Origin: a virus
Taxonomy: Duplodnaviria; Caudoviricetes
Direction: 5' to 3' (one strand)
DNA: 64,000 nucleotides
Virus record (IMG/VR): IMGVR_UViG_3300010051_000550
Span: 15,667-79,666 of that record
In this document: positions 35,001 through 44,950 of the stretch, piece after piece
Layout: each line of letters starts with the position of its first letter
Numbering within the stretch: the stretch's first letter is position 1
Made by a program: the position numbers and the translations under genes
Notes under the pieces: model-generated
The model's input: only the letters and a program-made list of their open reading frames with translations
Database searches by the model: none
What the model was told of the DNA's origin: nothing

Positions 35001-38000
35001 TCGACTGGTATCAGGTCGGCTATGACATCATGTACAAGATTACCGACGCCTTCCTGGACTTTAAGACGGCCGTCACAGTGAAGATCGCGGGCTGGCTGAC
35101 CGACGTCAAGACTGAGACAGAGGGATACGCCTGGTACGAAGTGGGAGCCTACATCCTGCTCAAGATCGCCGAGAGCGCCGCCGGAGCGGTGACGGACTGG
35201 GTGCAGGCGGTGAGCGCCTGGGTTGGCAACATCGGTTCAGCCATCACGCAACATCTGGGTAACTTGGCCCAGGTCGGCCGCGACATTGTGGCTGGAATTG
35301 CGGCCGGTATTTCGGCGGCTGGGGACCTCATTCAAGGCGCTATCGCCGGCGTGGCTGCCGGCTCTGAGCCAGCAGCCCGACAGGCCGTCGGCGCGCAATC
35401 GCCCGCGCGCAAGCTCATTCCCGTTGGTATGGATATCAGCGCCGGTATTGCGGTCGGTATCACGCAAGGGGCGGGGGCCATTATCAGCGCGATTCACACC
35501 GTGGCGGACGCGACGCAGATGGAATCGGCGAAGGCATTCGGCGAGGCGATGGCGGCTGTGGCGAAAGGGATTGCGTCGGCGCTGAGCGCGGCGCTGGACG
35601 TAGGTTCGTTCTCCGGGTTGGGGTCGGGGTTCGGCGCGGCCATGCAGCAGATCGCGGCGGCTATGGCCGTGATGGTCGGCGCTGTGGCTTCGGCCAATAC
35701 CTACAGCCAGGAGGCGCTGGAGGAGCTGTCGGCGTTTCTCGAGGTGGTGGGGGAGATCGGCGCGGTGCTGAACTCGGTGCGCGACGCGACGGGGGTGGTG
35801 ATGAATTTCCAGCCGCCACCGCTGAATATCGTCACGCTGGCGTTCGAGCGGATGGCGGGTTATCTGGCGGTGATGCTGACGGTCCTGAACGGGCTGACGC
35901 TGGAGACTATCGGCGTCGTGTCAGAGTTGGGCGACTTCATCGACGTGGCGACTGAGTTGGGGACGCTGATGGTGTCGATCCATTCGGCCGTGGGCGCGGC
36001 GATGAACTGGCAGCCGCCCCCGCTGAATATCGTGGCCACGGCCGTGGGGGTGATGGCGCAGCACCTGGCGGCGGTGATGACCGCGTTCTTTGAGGCCAAC
36101 CGCTTCGGCCTGGGGGGGCTGGCGATTTTGACCGAGTTCGCCGGGACGGCCGCGGCCATTGCGGAGATGGTGGGGCCGGCCGTGGGCGCCATGCACGACC
36201 TGAATGCCTTCGGGTCGGTGCAGCTGGACAGGTTCCACGAGGGCGTGGCGCAACTGGCCTATACGCTGCAGATCGTGATGCAGGCGTTTAATCAGGCGAA
36301 CACGTTTGGTTCGCTGGTGCTGGGGCAGATCTCCGACTTTGCCGATACGGCCGGCGGGATTGCCGAGATGGTGGGGCCGGCGATTCTGGCCATGCACGAG
36401 CTGGACGCCTTCGGCGCGGTGCGGCTGGACACGTTCCACGAGGGTATCGCGCAACTGGCTTATACGCTGCAGATCGTCCTGCAAAACTTCGTGCGGGTGA
36501 ATACTTTCGGTTCGGCCGTGCTGGGGCTGGCGCGGGAGTTCGCCGAGGCTGCGGGGGCGGTCGTGGATGTGATCGCGCCGGCCATCGAAGGGATGGACGA
36601 GTTGAACGCCTTCGGCGCGGTGCGGCTCGACAGGTTCCACGAGGGCGTGGCGCAACTGGCCTATACGCTGCAGGTGCTGGTGGGGGCGTTCGTGCGGGCC
36701 AACAATTTCGGCTCGGCGATGCTGGCGCAGGCGCGGGATTTCGCGGAGACGGCGGGGGAGATCATCGACGTGGTAGGGGAGGCTATCGAGGTGATGGGGC
36801 TGCTCTCCGGCTACGCAAGCAGCACACAGCAGCTCGGGGCGGTGATTCAGGCGTTCGCGGCAGATCTGCTGGTGTTGTTGAACACGCTGGTGGGTGCGTT
36901 CGCGGCGGCAGCGGCGGCGGCCGGCGGCGCGGTGGCGACTGCGGCCGAGTTCGCGGGGCACGCGGAAGACATCATTGACGTGGTGGAGCCGGGGATTGAG
37001 GCGCTGTTGGCTATCGCCGGATTCGAAGCGGTAGCCGGGATTCGTGTGGCGGCTATGGCGTTTGCGAACCAGCTGGTGGCTGTGCTGGCTGAACTTGCCA
37101 GCGCGTTCTCTCAGGCAGCCGCAAGCGCGGCTGAGGCTATCGAGGAAGCGGCTGAGTTTGCGGGGCATGCCGAGGACATCCTCGACGTGGTGGAGCCGGG
37201 CATTGAGGCGCTGGCGGCTATTGCCGGATTCGAGGCGGTGGCTGCGATCCGGGTGTCAGCTATGGCGTTTGCGAACCAGCTGGTGGCCGTGCTGGCTGAA
37301 CTTGCCAGCGCGTTCTCTCAGGCAGCCGCAAGCGCGGCTGAGGCTATCGAGGAAGCGGCTGAGTTTGCAGGGCATGCCGAGGACATCCTCGACGTGGTAG
37401 TGCCGGGGATTGAAGCCCTGGCGGCGGTGGCGGTTTATGTTCCGGCGTCCGGAATCGGAGCGGCTGTGCAGACGTTCGCAGCCGATTTGATAGCCGTCAT
37501 TCTCGCTCTCACAAACGCCTTCCAGCAGGCGGGCATTCTGGCGAATCAAGCAGTGGTTGAGGCGGGGGAGATGAGCGGGGCGCTGGAAGATATTGTGTCG
37601 GTCGTCGAGCCGGCCGTGGAAGCGGTGGTGGCGCTTGTCGGGTACACGACCGTTGGCGGCTTGCAGGCGAACGCGCGGCAGTTCGCGGCCGATCTGGTCA
37701 TCGTCGTACAAACGCTTGTGGACGGCCTGTCGCAGGCCGGACTGCTGGCGAATCAGGCGGTGGCCGAAGCGGGCGAGATGGCGAAGAGCATCGAGGACAT
37801 CTTGAAGGTGGTGGAGCCGGCGCTCCACCCCGACAAGGGCGCGCTCTCGCTTATCGCCAAGTACGTGAGTCAGGGCGGGCTAGTGCAGAAGGCCCAGCAG
37901 TTTACGACTGACCTGATCAATGTAACGCAGATTCTTGTCACCGGGTTGACGACATCGGCCTTGGCGGCCGGGGTAGCGCTGACGAAGGCCGGTGAGATGG

Positions 38001-39391
38001 CGAAGAGTATTGAGAGCCTGTTTGATGCGCTGGACCCGGCGATGACGGCCATCGGGAAGCTCGCGGATTACGCCAGCGCGGCAAACCTGCAGCAGAAGAC
38101 GCAACAATTCACGGCCGATCTGGTTGCCGTCGCCACCATCCTGGTGGCCGGATTGACCCAAGCCGCGAATCAGCTTGGGGCTGAGGCGGTTTCCGCAGCG
38201 CATGCGTTCGCGCAGGCCGTCTCGTTGATGGTGAGCCGCGTTCAGGCTGTCGTCGAGGCACTCGCCCAGTTCGGCGGCATGGCTACACCGAACATTGAGC
38301 CAATCCTTACCTATATCGTTGCCTCGGCACAACAAATTACCGGCGCTTTTGCCCAGGCGGGCGACATCGGGGCGGCCGTTCAGTATGCGGAGTCGTTCCG
38401 GCTGAACCTGCTGCAGCTCGTCAATGAGGTGAAGGCGGCCGTTGCGTATTTGATCGCGCTGGCGGGAACGGGGGTGAGCGGATCGGTGGGGGCGGCGCTG
38501 GCCGCTATCGCGGCGTCGCTGCAGAACACGGAGGGGCAGTTTGCCGGGGCGGGAGCGAAGCTGGCGACGGCGCTCATCGACGCGCTGCGGGGCGGGATCG
38601 ACGGCGGCGAGGGGGCCGTGGTGCAGGCGCTGGCCGGTGTGCTGGCGGCGCTCGAGGGCGCCGGGATGGCCGAGGCGCGCGATTTCGACAATGTGGGCGC
38701 GGCCATCGATGACGCGATGGTGGACGGCGTGAAGGCGGGCCAGTCGCAGGTGATGGCGGCCGTTGTGCAGGTGGTGGCGGCAGCTGTTGCGGCCGGATTG
38801 AGCGAGGCCAAGAAGGCGGCGGCCATCGGTGAAGAGATGATCCGGGCCGTGCTGGCGGAGGTCGGTACAGGTCGGAGCCAGTTGGATCAGGCCGGCGTGG
38901 CGGCGGGCGCGGCGCTCATCGATGGCATGGTGCGGGCCATTACGCTGGGGAAGAGCCGGCTGGTGAACGCGATTAAGGACGCGGTGAATTCGGCCGTGGC
39001 AGCGGCGAAGGCGGCGCTGGGGATCGCCTCGCCGTCGCGAGTGGCGTTTGAGTTGATCGACAACTTCATGCGAACGGCGGCCGGACGGTTCGGAGACGCG
39101 AGCGGACTGGTGACAGCGGTCGGCCGCTCGATTGACGCGACCATGACGGCGGCGATGAAGCGGCTGGAGCAGGTGCGGCTGGATGTGCCGGTGGTGGCGA
39201 CGGGCAGGGATATTACGAGGACGCTGGTTCCGCCGCCGGTGGTGCATTCGCGGCCGTCGGCCGGGGCGCTGGCCTTCGATGGGGCGGGGCGAGGCGGGAC
39301 GGTCAATGTCTACGGCAATATTGTGCTGCCGAATGTGTCGAACCCGGTTTCCTTCCTCGAGGAGCTGGATGCGTTGCGAGGTGGCGGCTAA
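32057..39391 (+). CDS. Tape measure protein, TP901-like core, 2444 aa
   Basis: FESAFAGVVKTVD...GQLG...NNFATTEAEI...AGGTA; very long amphipathic repeats. Confidence 0.95.
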   Translation: MAAELAIIAKLQDDASSGIRSLRGEVEGLGDSGGIAAKGFQTLQSVGTASIVAIGVAVAAATAAAVSFVKSAIDAGIEFESAFAGVVKTVDGVADASGALTELGQQLRDEFRQLALEIPIAVTELARIGELGGQLGVASGDLIAFTELIAKLGVTTNLSTEEAAMSFAQLGNIMQSSQDDLTRLGSSIVWLGNNFATTEAEIVEFTSRIAGAGAIANMSEADLAGIAAAFASVGVSAEAGGTAVQKVILDMNTAVVSGGAQLELYARTAGMTAQEFAQAWREDAAGAFIAFVEGLGRAGDQAILILKELGLTDARLTRGFLSVANAGELLREAVEGSNQAFRENMALVREAALRFQTVESQMQLFRNVINDVKISLYDALRPAIGAIIAALTLFLTSVAPQVREVFQAIGGAVNELVTALLKGESPVLALVDALYMLGAGLGMPIERLEAIRQGVLNFISGVSRVLGPIAQAITSFFSWKDVLVALGVAIASVVIPALIAIVQFAAPIVAVFGGLVLAIAAVRNAWEADFLGIRTAVEGFVQNVLKLIETLRATNLDDFSRLFNELPPLFQEAARALVNLKDALRIALDGIRALLSGDTATAMEAFRSAWEKGWTAIVGFVQNAGAQIGQALQGLWQGIVAWFQSVDWGGLARDLIERFLSGMAALGQARADLWAWILTALTNFINSVDWAQIGYSLVDLLGKGILGAVGLIATAVAGIVTFIWNFITGTNWIELGINLVNAVIDGLGSFASGVGAKLAEWRQAIFDWAGAEDWSGVAEKISTMVGEKLGEMRDAISGKLNEWQTAIFDWAGAEDWSGVAAHIAENIGEKLGEAGDAISGKLNEWQAAIFDWAGAEDWQGVADHIAENIGEKLGEAGSSVTATLSNWQRAIFDWAGAEDWNGVATHIAELVGSALGDAAGSIVSTLDSWEQAIFDWAGGADWGDVSESIATLVGDSLGETSDKVTGKLSSWITAFTDWVNTVDWYQVGYDIMYKITDAFLDFKTAVTVKIAGWLTDVKTETEGYAWYEVGAYILLKIAESAAGAVTDWVQAVSAWVGNIGSAITQHLGNLAQVGRDIVAGIAAGISAAGDLIQGAIAGVAAGSEPAARQAVGAQSPARKLIPVGMDISAGIAVGITQGAGAIISAIHTVADATQMESAKAFGEAMAAVAKGIASALSAALDVGSFSGLGSGFGAAMQQIAAAMAVMVGAVASANTYSQEALEELSAFLEVVGEIGAVLNSVRDATGVVMNFQPPPLNIVTLAFERMAGYLAVMLTVLNGLTLETIGVVSELGDFIDVATELGTLMVSIHSAVGAAMNWQPPPLNIVATAVGVMAQHLAAVMTAFFEANRFGLGGLAILTEFAGTAAAIAEMVGPAVGAMHDLNAFGSVQLDRFHEGVAQLAYTLQIVMQAFNQANTFGSLVLGQISDFADTAGGIAEMVGPAILAMHELDAFGAVRLDTFHEGIAQLAYTLQIVLQNFVRVNTFGSAVLGLAREFAEAAGAVVDVIAPAIEGMDELNAFGAVRLDRFHEGVAQLAYTLQVLVGAFVRANNFGSAMLAQARDFAETAGEIIDVVGEAIEVMGLLSGYASSTQQLGAVIQAFAADLLVLLNTLVGAFAAAAAAAGGAVATAAEFAGHAEDIIDVVEPGIEALLAIAGFEAVAGIRVAAMAFANQLVAVLAELASAFSQAAASAAEAIEEAAEFAGHAEDILDVVEPGIEALAAIAGFEAVAAIRVSAMAFANQLVAVLAELASAFSQAAASAAEAIEEAAEFAGHAEDILDVVVPGIEALAAVAVYVPASGIGAAVQTFAADLIAVILALTNAFQQAGILANQAVVEAGEMSGALEDIVSVVEPAVEAVVALVGYTTVGGLQANARQFAADLVIVVQTLVDGLSQAGLLANQAVAEAGEMAKSIEDILKVVEPALHPDKGALSLIAKYVSQGGLVQKAQQFTTDLINVTQILVTGLTTSALAAGVALTKAGEMAKSIESLFDALDPAMTAIGKLADYASAANLQQKTQQFTADLVAVATILVAGLTQAANQLGAEAVSAAHAFAQAVSLMVSRVQAVVEALAQFGGMATPNIEPILTYIVASAQQITGAFAQAGDIGAAVQYAESFRLNLLQLVNEVKAAVAYLIALAGTGVSGSVGAALAAIAASLQNTEGQFAGAGAKLATALIDALRGGIDGGEGAVVQALAGVLAALEGAGMAEARDFDNVGAAIDDAMVDGVKAGQSQVMAAVVQVVAAAVAAGLSEAKKAAAIGEEMIRAVLAEVGTGRSQLDQAGVAAGAALIDGMVRAITLGKSRLVNAIKDAVNSAVAAAKAALGIASPSRVAFELIDNFMRTAAGRFGDASGLVTAVGRSIDATMTAAMKRLEQVRLDVPVVATGRDITRTLVPPPVVHSRPSAGALAFDGAGRGGTVNVYGNIVLPNVSNPVSFLEELDALRGGG
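34321..34900 (+). repeat. 40-aa (120-bp) Trp-rich tandem repeats in the tape measure gene
   Basis: KL.EWQ.AIFDWAGAEDW.GVA..I...GE x5. Confidence 0.9.
36150..37420 (+). repeat. Two sets of 60-aa (180-bp) tandem repeats in the tape measure gene
   Basis: FG.V.LD.FHEG.AQLAYTLQ x3; AAEFAGHAEDI.DVV.PGIEAL x3. Confidence 0.85.
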
Positions 39392-41259
39392 TGATTCCGC
39401 TGAGTTGGGACGGCAACACGCAGATCAATGACGGCACGACTTTCGCGGCATATTTCGTGGGGCTGGAGTTGGGGCTGCCTAAGAACGACGTCAATCGAGT
39501 GCCACGCCACGGCGCGCACCCGCTGCTGGGCGGTATCACGCGGCAGGGGCTGGACTTGATGATGGAGGTGGAGGTGCTGACCGGGAGCGCCGACACGCTG
39601 CGGGCGTGGTTCGACAACGAGGACGCGACGCCGAAGCTGTTGGTGGTGACGGATGACAACGGCACCAACGCGCGGTACTGGCAGGCGATGACCGCGGAGC
39701 TCATTCCGACGAACTCGCCTTACATCTATCTGGTGAAGCTGGCGGTTCACGGCGATGTGCGGCTGCGGAATGTGACGCCCACTTCGCTGCATTGGGACGT
39801 TTCGACCAGCGGCGCGACGTTGGTGGTGAACAACGGCACGGCGGGGGTCAATGACGACGCTTACCCAATTGTCACTTTCACGCCGCGCTCGTATGCAACG
39901 GGGAACAACAACTACCGGCGCTTCGTGACGGTTCGCTGGCGGAATACGTCGGCGGCTACTCGGTATTCAGTGGACATCGTCGACGCCGGGCTGGACACGC
40001 GGCCGGCGAATACGAACTTCGCCTCGGCCGCAGGGGACGATATTCGGGTAATCGTCGACGGGGTGGAGGCCAACTACTGGCTGGATAACGTCAACACCAC
40101 GACGACGAAGGTCTTCGTCAATCTGGATTGGCAGCCGATGCAGGAGGCGACGTTAGCGGCGGTCATGGGCACGGGGTCGGTCACGACGATTCGCGTGAAT
40201 CAGGACATTCTGAACTTCCCGGCCAACGGGCTGTTGGAAATCGACAGCGAGCTATTCACCTACAGCGGCAAAGATAACGGGCTGCGGCAGTTCACGGGGG
40301 TGGCACGGGCGGCGAGGGGCACGTCGGCCGCCGCGCATTCGGCCGGGGCGACGGTGCGCTGGATTCAACACGACATCTGGATTGAGTATGGGAGTTCGTC
40401 GCTGGCCGCGCCGGAGATCGACGACTCGCTGAAGCCGATGTTCGACCTGTCAACGTCGAGCAATACCTCGTGGGACTACAACGAATTCGACGAGGAGGGA
40501 GCCTCGCGCGCTGCGGCGTGGACGTTTGCCAATATCAAGTTCATGACCCGCTATGGTGGGAACCAGACGGCGGCGGCGAACCCGTATGCAGAGATGGGTA
40601 TTCAGGACGACTGTGCGGATCGCAGCGCGACAGCGATTGAGGCGTACTGGAGCCTGTTTAACCCGTGCGGGATCGTCTCGGCCAATTTCCAGAACGGAGA
40701 GTATTACTACAGCCGCGCCGGCTGGACGACGATCCGCGTTCGTTCCAGTGCCAGCGGCGGTTCATATACCAGCAATTACACCGTGCCGGTTTCGGTGAAA
40801 GACGCGTGGACAGCGTGGTCGCAAAACGTGGCGCTACTGAGCGGCGCTCGCTATGTGCAGCTCCACATGAGCGGCACTGCAAGGAGCACGAAGCGCACGC
40901 GGGTGGAAGTGGCAGACGTGACGCTGACGCTGGACAGCAACTATACCCCGACAGTCACCATCGGCGCGGAGCAGGCGACGTATCGCCTGACGGCAACAGT
41001 GACAAATGAGACGACGGACGAAGTGTTCCAGATTGATTTCGGCATGGATTTGGACCAGTCGCTGGAAGTGAACACGGACACGGAAGAGGTGACGTTTCTG
41101 GCTGACGGCAGCCCGCAATACCAGGCGCTCACTATCGTGGGGGAGAACCGGAAGAGGATTATGCGTCTGCAGCCAGGGGCGAACACGCTGAAATATGAAG
41201 AAGATGGCCTGGTGGACGTGGATATCGATATCGAGTTCGAGCGCCGGTATCGGGCGTAG
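39391..41259 (+). CDS. Distal tail protein (Dit-like) with inserted domains
   Basis: Follows the tape measure gene; C-terminal LQPGANTL pattern; IDSELFTYSG..FTGVARAARGTSAAAH. Confidence 0.72.
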   Translation: MIPLSWDGNTQINDGTTFAAYFVGLELGLPKNDVNRVPRHGAHPLLGGITRQGLDLMMEVEVLTGSADTLRAWFDNEDATPKLLVVTDDNGTNARYWQAMTAELIPTNSPYIYLVKLAVHGDVRLRNVTPTSLHWDVSTSGATLVVNNGTAGVNDDAYPIVTFTPRSYATGNNNYRRFVTVRWRNTSAATRYSVDIVDAGLDTRPANTNFASAAGDDIRVIVDGVEANYWLDNVNTTTTKVFVNLDWQPMQEATLAAVMGTGSVTTIRVNQDILNFPANGLLEIDSELFTYSGKDNGLRQFTGVARAARGTSAAAHSAGATVRWIQHDIWIEYGSSSLAAPEIDDSLKPMFDLSTSSNTSWDYNEFDEEGASRAAAWTFANIKFMTRYGGNQTAAANPYAEMGIQDDCADRSATAIEAYWSLFNPCGIVSANFQNGEYYYSRAGWTTIRVRSSASGGSYTSNYTVPVSVKDAWTAWSQNVALLSGARYVQLHMSGTARSTKRTRVEVADVTLTLDSNYTPTVTIGAEQATYRLTATVTNETTDEVFQIDFGMDLDQSLEVNTDTEEVTFLADGSPQYQALTIVGENRKRIMRLQPGANTLKYEEDGLVDVDIDIEFERRYRA

Positions 41260-41278
41260 AGGATTTACGAATTAAGAG

Positions 41279-41995
41279 ATGACTATCGGGCTGGATGGGC
41301 ATTCGAAGGTAACAGGGCAGAGCGCGTCAGGGCCGCATACGTTGAACCATGCGTGCGGTGGGGTGCAGCGGTTGCTGGTGGTGGTCTTTTCGGGGATGCG
41401 CGGGTCGCTGACGCCTTGGACGGCGAGCGTGACTTATAACGGCGTGGCGATGACGCCGGGAGCGGCGGATGGGGTGTCGGGGAGTTCGCGTAATGTGCGG
41501 ACTGAGGTCTGGTATATGGTGAATCCGCCGGGGGGGGCGGCGTATCAGGTGTCAGTCTCGACGAGCGCGACGATGCAGGCGTATTCCCTGGCGGCGATCT
41601 CGCTGACGGGGGTGGATCAGTCGTCGCCGGTCGGTAACACGGGAACGAATGCGGGGAACCAGAGTTATTACGCGGTGGGGTTGGCGACGGCCGTGGCTGA
41701 TGCGTGGCTGATCGGCGGAGCAGGAATTCGAAACGGAACGCTGGCATGGGCCGAGCAGGGGAGCACGGTGGAGGTCTTCGAGCAGGCGTCGGGGAGCAGC
41801 ACGACGAATGACCTGGTGGGATGTGGGAATTATCTGGTCTGTGGGGCTGCGGGGTCGTATTCGCTGGAGGCGAATGCGAGCGGCGCGAACTTTGGGGTGA
41901 TGGGGGGGATTGTGGCGCAGCCGGCGGCGGCAGCTCCGGCGCAATGGCTGGGAGCGGAGTTGCTGGTTCCGGCCAGTGGGATTTGGACATTTTAA
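41279..41995 (+). CDS. Minor tail/virion protein
   Basis: Beta-rich; lies in the tail module. Confidence 0.55.
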   Translation: MTIGLDGHSKVTGQSASGPHTLNHACGGVQRLLVVVFSGMRGSLTPWTASVTYNGVAMTPGAADGVSGSSRNVRTEVWYMVNPPGGAAYQVSVSTSATMQAYSLAAISLTGVDQSSPVGNTGTNAGNQSYYAVGLATAVADAWLIGGAGIRNGTLAWAEQGSTVEVFEQASGSSTTNDLVGCGNYLVCGAAGSYSLEANASGANFGVMGGIVAQPAAAAPAQWLGAELLVPASGIWTF

Positions 41996-42010
41996 GTTGG
42001 GAGGTGAGAG

Positions 42011-42277
42011 ATGGCCGGCAGCTTCATTGTGACAGATACGCATGAGAAAGTGAAACGGATTTTGATGCTGATTGAGCAGGCGCAGGGGTTGTCGGCCGAG
42101 GTGGTGCAGCAGTGGAACAAGGTCTCGGGGGCATCGAAACTGGGCGGATACCAGTGGCCGGAAGGGTATAGCGAAGAGGATTTTGTGACGGCCATTTCGT
42201 CGCTGCAGACGTTGATGCCGGATGTGCTGGGAGCACATGGAACGAATCTTTACAGGCTCAAGACGGCGTTTAGTTAA
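42011..42277 (+). CDS. Hypothetical protein
   Basis: GAGG RBS. Confidence 0.6.
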   Translation: MAGSFIVTDTHEKVKRILMLIEQAQGLSAEVVQQWNKVSGASKLGGYQWPEGYSEEDFVTAISSLQTLMPDVLGAHGTNLYRLKTAFS

Positions 42278-42296
42278 TCAGGAATAGAGGTGAGGG

Positions 42297-43187
42297 ATGC
42301 CATCATATAACCCGCCCAAAAAGAACACGGCGTTTGTGATGTATTTGTCGCTGCGGAGTCAGGCGGACGTGCGACTATTTCAGGTGAACCCGACGCTGGC
42401 GGCCGGCGACGTGAAGGTGAGCAAGGACGGCGGCGCGTTGGCGAATGTGACGACGCTGCCGACGGTGGTTTCGTCTACCGCGTTGGTGAAGCTGGAGTTG
42501 TCGTCGACGGAGATGAACGCCGACAACGTGACGGTGATTTTCACGGACGCGGCCGGGGGGCAGTGGTGCGACCTGGTGATTAATCTGCAGACGGCGGCGG
42601 GCCAATTTGATGACATCGCGGCGATTAAGGCGAAGACAGATGCCCTGCCGGCCAGCCCGGCGGCGGTGGGCAGCGCGATGACGCTGGCGACGAACGCGGT
42701 GAACGCGGCCGCTGTGGCGACGGATGCGGTGACGGAGATTCAAAACGGACTGGCGACTTCGAGCATGCTGTCAACGGTTGTCGGCTACATCGATACCGAG
42801 GTCGCGGCGATTCTGGCGGCCGTGGATACGGAGATCGCGGCGATTAAGGCGAAGACGGATGCCCTGCCCAGCGATCCAGCGGATCAGAGCGCGGTGGAGG
42901 CAGCCATTACGGCGGCCGTGGCAGGGTTGAATGATTTGAGCGCGGCGGACGTGAAGTCGGAGGTGGTGGACGCGCTGAGCGTGGACACCTACGCCGAGCT
43001 TTCGAGCGTGCCGGCGGCGACGGCCAGCCTCGTTGAGAAGGTGAATTGGCTTTACATGCTGGCCAGAAACAAGCGGGTGACCTCCGGCACGCAGGACAAG
43101 GTTCGCAATGACGCCGATTCGGCCGACGTGGGGACGGCGGCGCTGAGCGACGACGGTACGAATTTCACGCGAGGCGAATACAGCTAA
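42297..43187 (+). CDS. Virion structural protein with IAAIKAKTDALP repeats
   Basis: Two copies of the motif; tail module. Confidence 0.6.
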   Translation: MPSYNPPKKNTAFVMYLSLRSQADVRLFQVNPTLAAGDVKVSKDGGALANVTTLPTVVSSTALVKLELSSTEMNADNVTVIFTDAAGGQWCDLVINLQTAAGQFDDIAAIKAKTDALPASPAAVGSAMTLATNAVNAAAVATDAVTEIQNGLATSSMLSTVVGYIDTEVAAILAAVDTEIAAIKAKTDALPSDPADQSAVEAAITAAVAGLNDLSAADVKSEVVDALSVDTYAELSSVPAATASLVEKVNWLYMLARNKRVTSGTQDKVRNDADSADVGTAALSDDGTNFTRGEYS

Positions 43188-44389
43188 TGGCGATTGATTC
43201 GGCCGACAAGCGCCGTTCGGTGCAGGGCTATGCCGGAGTGTTTGCGGTTATTCCGCCGCTGCCGGATACGGCCGTCGATGAGAATGACCGCAAGCACGCG
43301 GCCGGCATCTATCGCGGCAGCCTGATCGCGCAGGCGATCTTCTCGCTGCTGGAGCCGGCGGGTGTCTCGATCCTGTTCCTGATTGGGGACATCAACGGCC
43401 GGGTGCTGACGGAAATCAATCCGTATGTGCATCGGGTGTCGTGGCGGCACAATGCCATCGGTTCGACGGTCTTCACGATGGCGCGGACGGACCCGAAGTT
43501 GAGCGAGGAATATTTCAACGAGGGGAACCGGGTGCTGCTGGCGTTCGACAACGGGCTTCAGGAGTGGGGCGGGGTGCTGACCGGCGCGCGCGACTGGACG
43601 GATTCATCGGTGAGCTTCGAGGCGTATAGCGCGGAGTGGGTGCTGGCGACGCGGCGCACGCCACGGTCGCGGTATTTCAGCGACGCGCAGGTGGGGACGA
43701 TTCTGTCTTCGCTAATTCAGGAGGCGAATGTCTTCTACCCGACAGGATTGAAGCTGGGGAATATCTGGCAGGGTGGAGCAGCGCATTCTCCTGATTATCA
43801 CTACAAGTCGCTGTATGACGTGGTGGCCGAGAGTCTGGTCGGCAATCTGAGTGCGGGGGCGTTTGACGTGACGCCGGCGCTGGAGGGCGGGGTCATCGAG
43901 TTCTATGTGAACCTCTACGAGCGCAAGGGAGGCGACAAGACGAATGTGGCGCTGGTGGAGGGGCAGAACATCAGTGCCGTCCGCTATCGGGAGATTGACG
44001 AGATCGTGAACACCTGGCACATGGCCGGTGAAGGCGACGGCTGGACGGATGACGCGCGGGTGTATGCGACGGTGCTGGAGGGGGCCAGTGTGGGTCGTCA
44101 CGGGATGCGGGAGGATTTTGAGTTGCGGTCGGGGGTGGTGCAGCAGGCGACGATTGACCAGACGGCCGCCAAGCGACTGCAGGAAACGGCGTGGCCGACG
44201 CGCGTGCTGGGCCTGTCGGTGACGAATTCACCGCCGGCTCGGTTTCGGGATTACGGCATCGGAGACACGGTAACGTGCCGGCTGCCGTCGTATGGGTTCA
44301 ACGGGGTGCGCGGGACGTTCGAGGTGAGGGCGCGGGAGTTCTTTCCGAGTGATGGCGCGGCGGATCTCGTGCTGGTGGAGGCTCGGTGA
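43187..44389 (+). CDS. Baseplate hub/minor tail protein (Tal-like)
   Basis: EWGGVL...W..SSVSFEA; DYGIGDTVT..L; TAATG coupling. Confidence 0.7.
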   Translation: MAIDSADKRRSVQGYAGVFAVIPPLPDTAVDENDRKHAAGIYRGSLIAQAIFSLLEPAGVSILFLIGDINGRVLTEINPYVHRVSWRHNAIGSTVFTMARTDPKLSEEYFNEGNRVLLAFDNGLQEWGGVLTGARDWTDSSVSFEAYSAEWVLATRRTPRSRYFSDAQVGTILSSLIQEANVFYPTGLKLGNIWQGGAAHSPDYHYKSLYDVVAESLVGNLSAGAFDVTPALEGGVIEFYVNLYERKGGDKTNVALVEGQNISAVRYREIDEIVNTWHMAGEGDGWTDDARVYATVLEGASVGRHGMREDFELRSGVVQQATIDQTAAKRLQETAWPTRVLGLSVTNSPPARFRDYGIGDTVTCRLPSYGFNGVRGTFEVRAREFFPSDGAADLVLVEAR

Positions 44390-44946
44390 TGTTTGGGAGA
44401 TTGCAGGTTGTAACGAATCGCCGGCCGCTGGAAGGCGGAACGCTGCTGGCCGACTTCCTGGGGGAGAGCAATCTGCTGACGCGGACGCGCAAGCTGGAGC
44501 AGCAGACGGAGGAGATCGGGACGTCGCTGTTGTCGGCGGCGGCGGCCGGGCAGGTGTACACGCGGCGGCGCGGCGCGCTGATGTTCACGGGATGGGGACA
44601 GTCGTCGGTGCCGGCGTCGCAGTCGAATGTGACGCTGTCGCGCTTCGGCGTGGGGTGGCAGGGGCCGCTGGTGCTGCCGTTCGCGGGGTCGGTGACGGGG
44701 CTGCTGGTGACGATGAGCGCGCAGCAGACGTCCGGCTCGCTGACGGTGAAGGTGTATGTCTCCGGCTCGGCCAGCGGTATGGAAGCGGTTATTGACAGTG
44801 AGAACCGGTTGTATGTTGAGGAAACAGCGGGACAGGGCGAGTTTGGCTTCGAGGCGGGGGAGCCGATCACGTTACGCATCTCGACGGCGAGTTGGGCGCC
44901 GACGACGGCCGACGTGTTCGTGATGCTCGAGGTCGCGGCGGGGTAG
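44386..44946 (+). CDS. Tail-associated beta-sandwich protein
   Basis: Position and composition. Confidence 0.55.
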   Translation: MMFGRLQVVTNRRPLEGGTLLADFLGESNLLTRTRKLEQQTEEIGTSLLSAAAAGQVYTRRRGALMFTGWGQSSVPASQSNVTLSRFGVGWQGPLVLPFAGSVTGLLVTMSAQQTSGSLTVKVYVSGSASGMEAVIDSENRLYVEETAGQGEFGFEAGEPITLRISTASWAPTTADVFVMLEVAAG

Positions 44947-44950
44947 GGAT

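Noticed and set aside
34321-37420. Regularly spaced repeats that could suggest a CRISPR array
   Set aside because: Periods of 120 and 180 bp are in frame within the tape measure gene; there are no unique spacers and no cas genes
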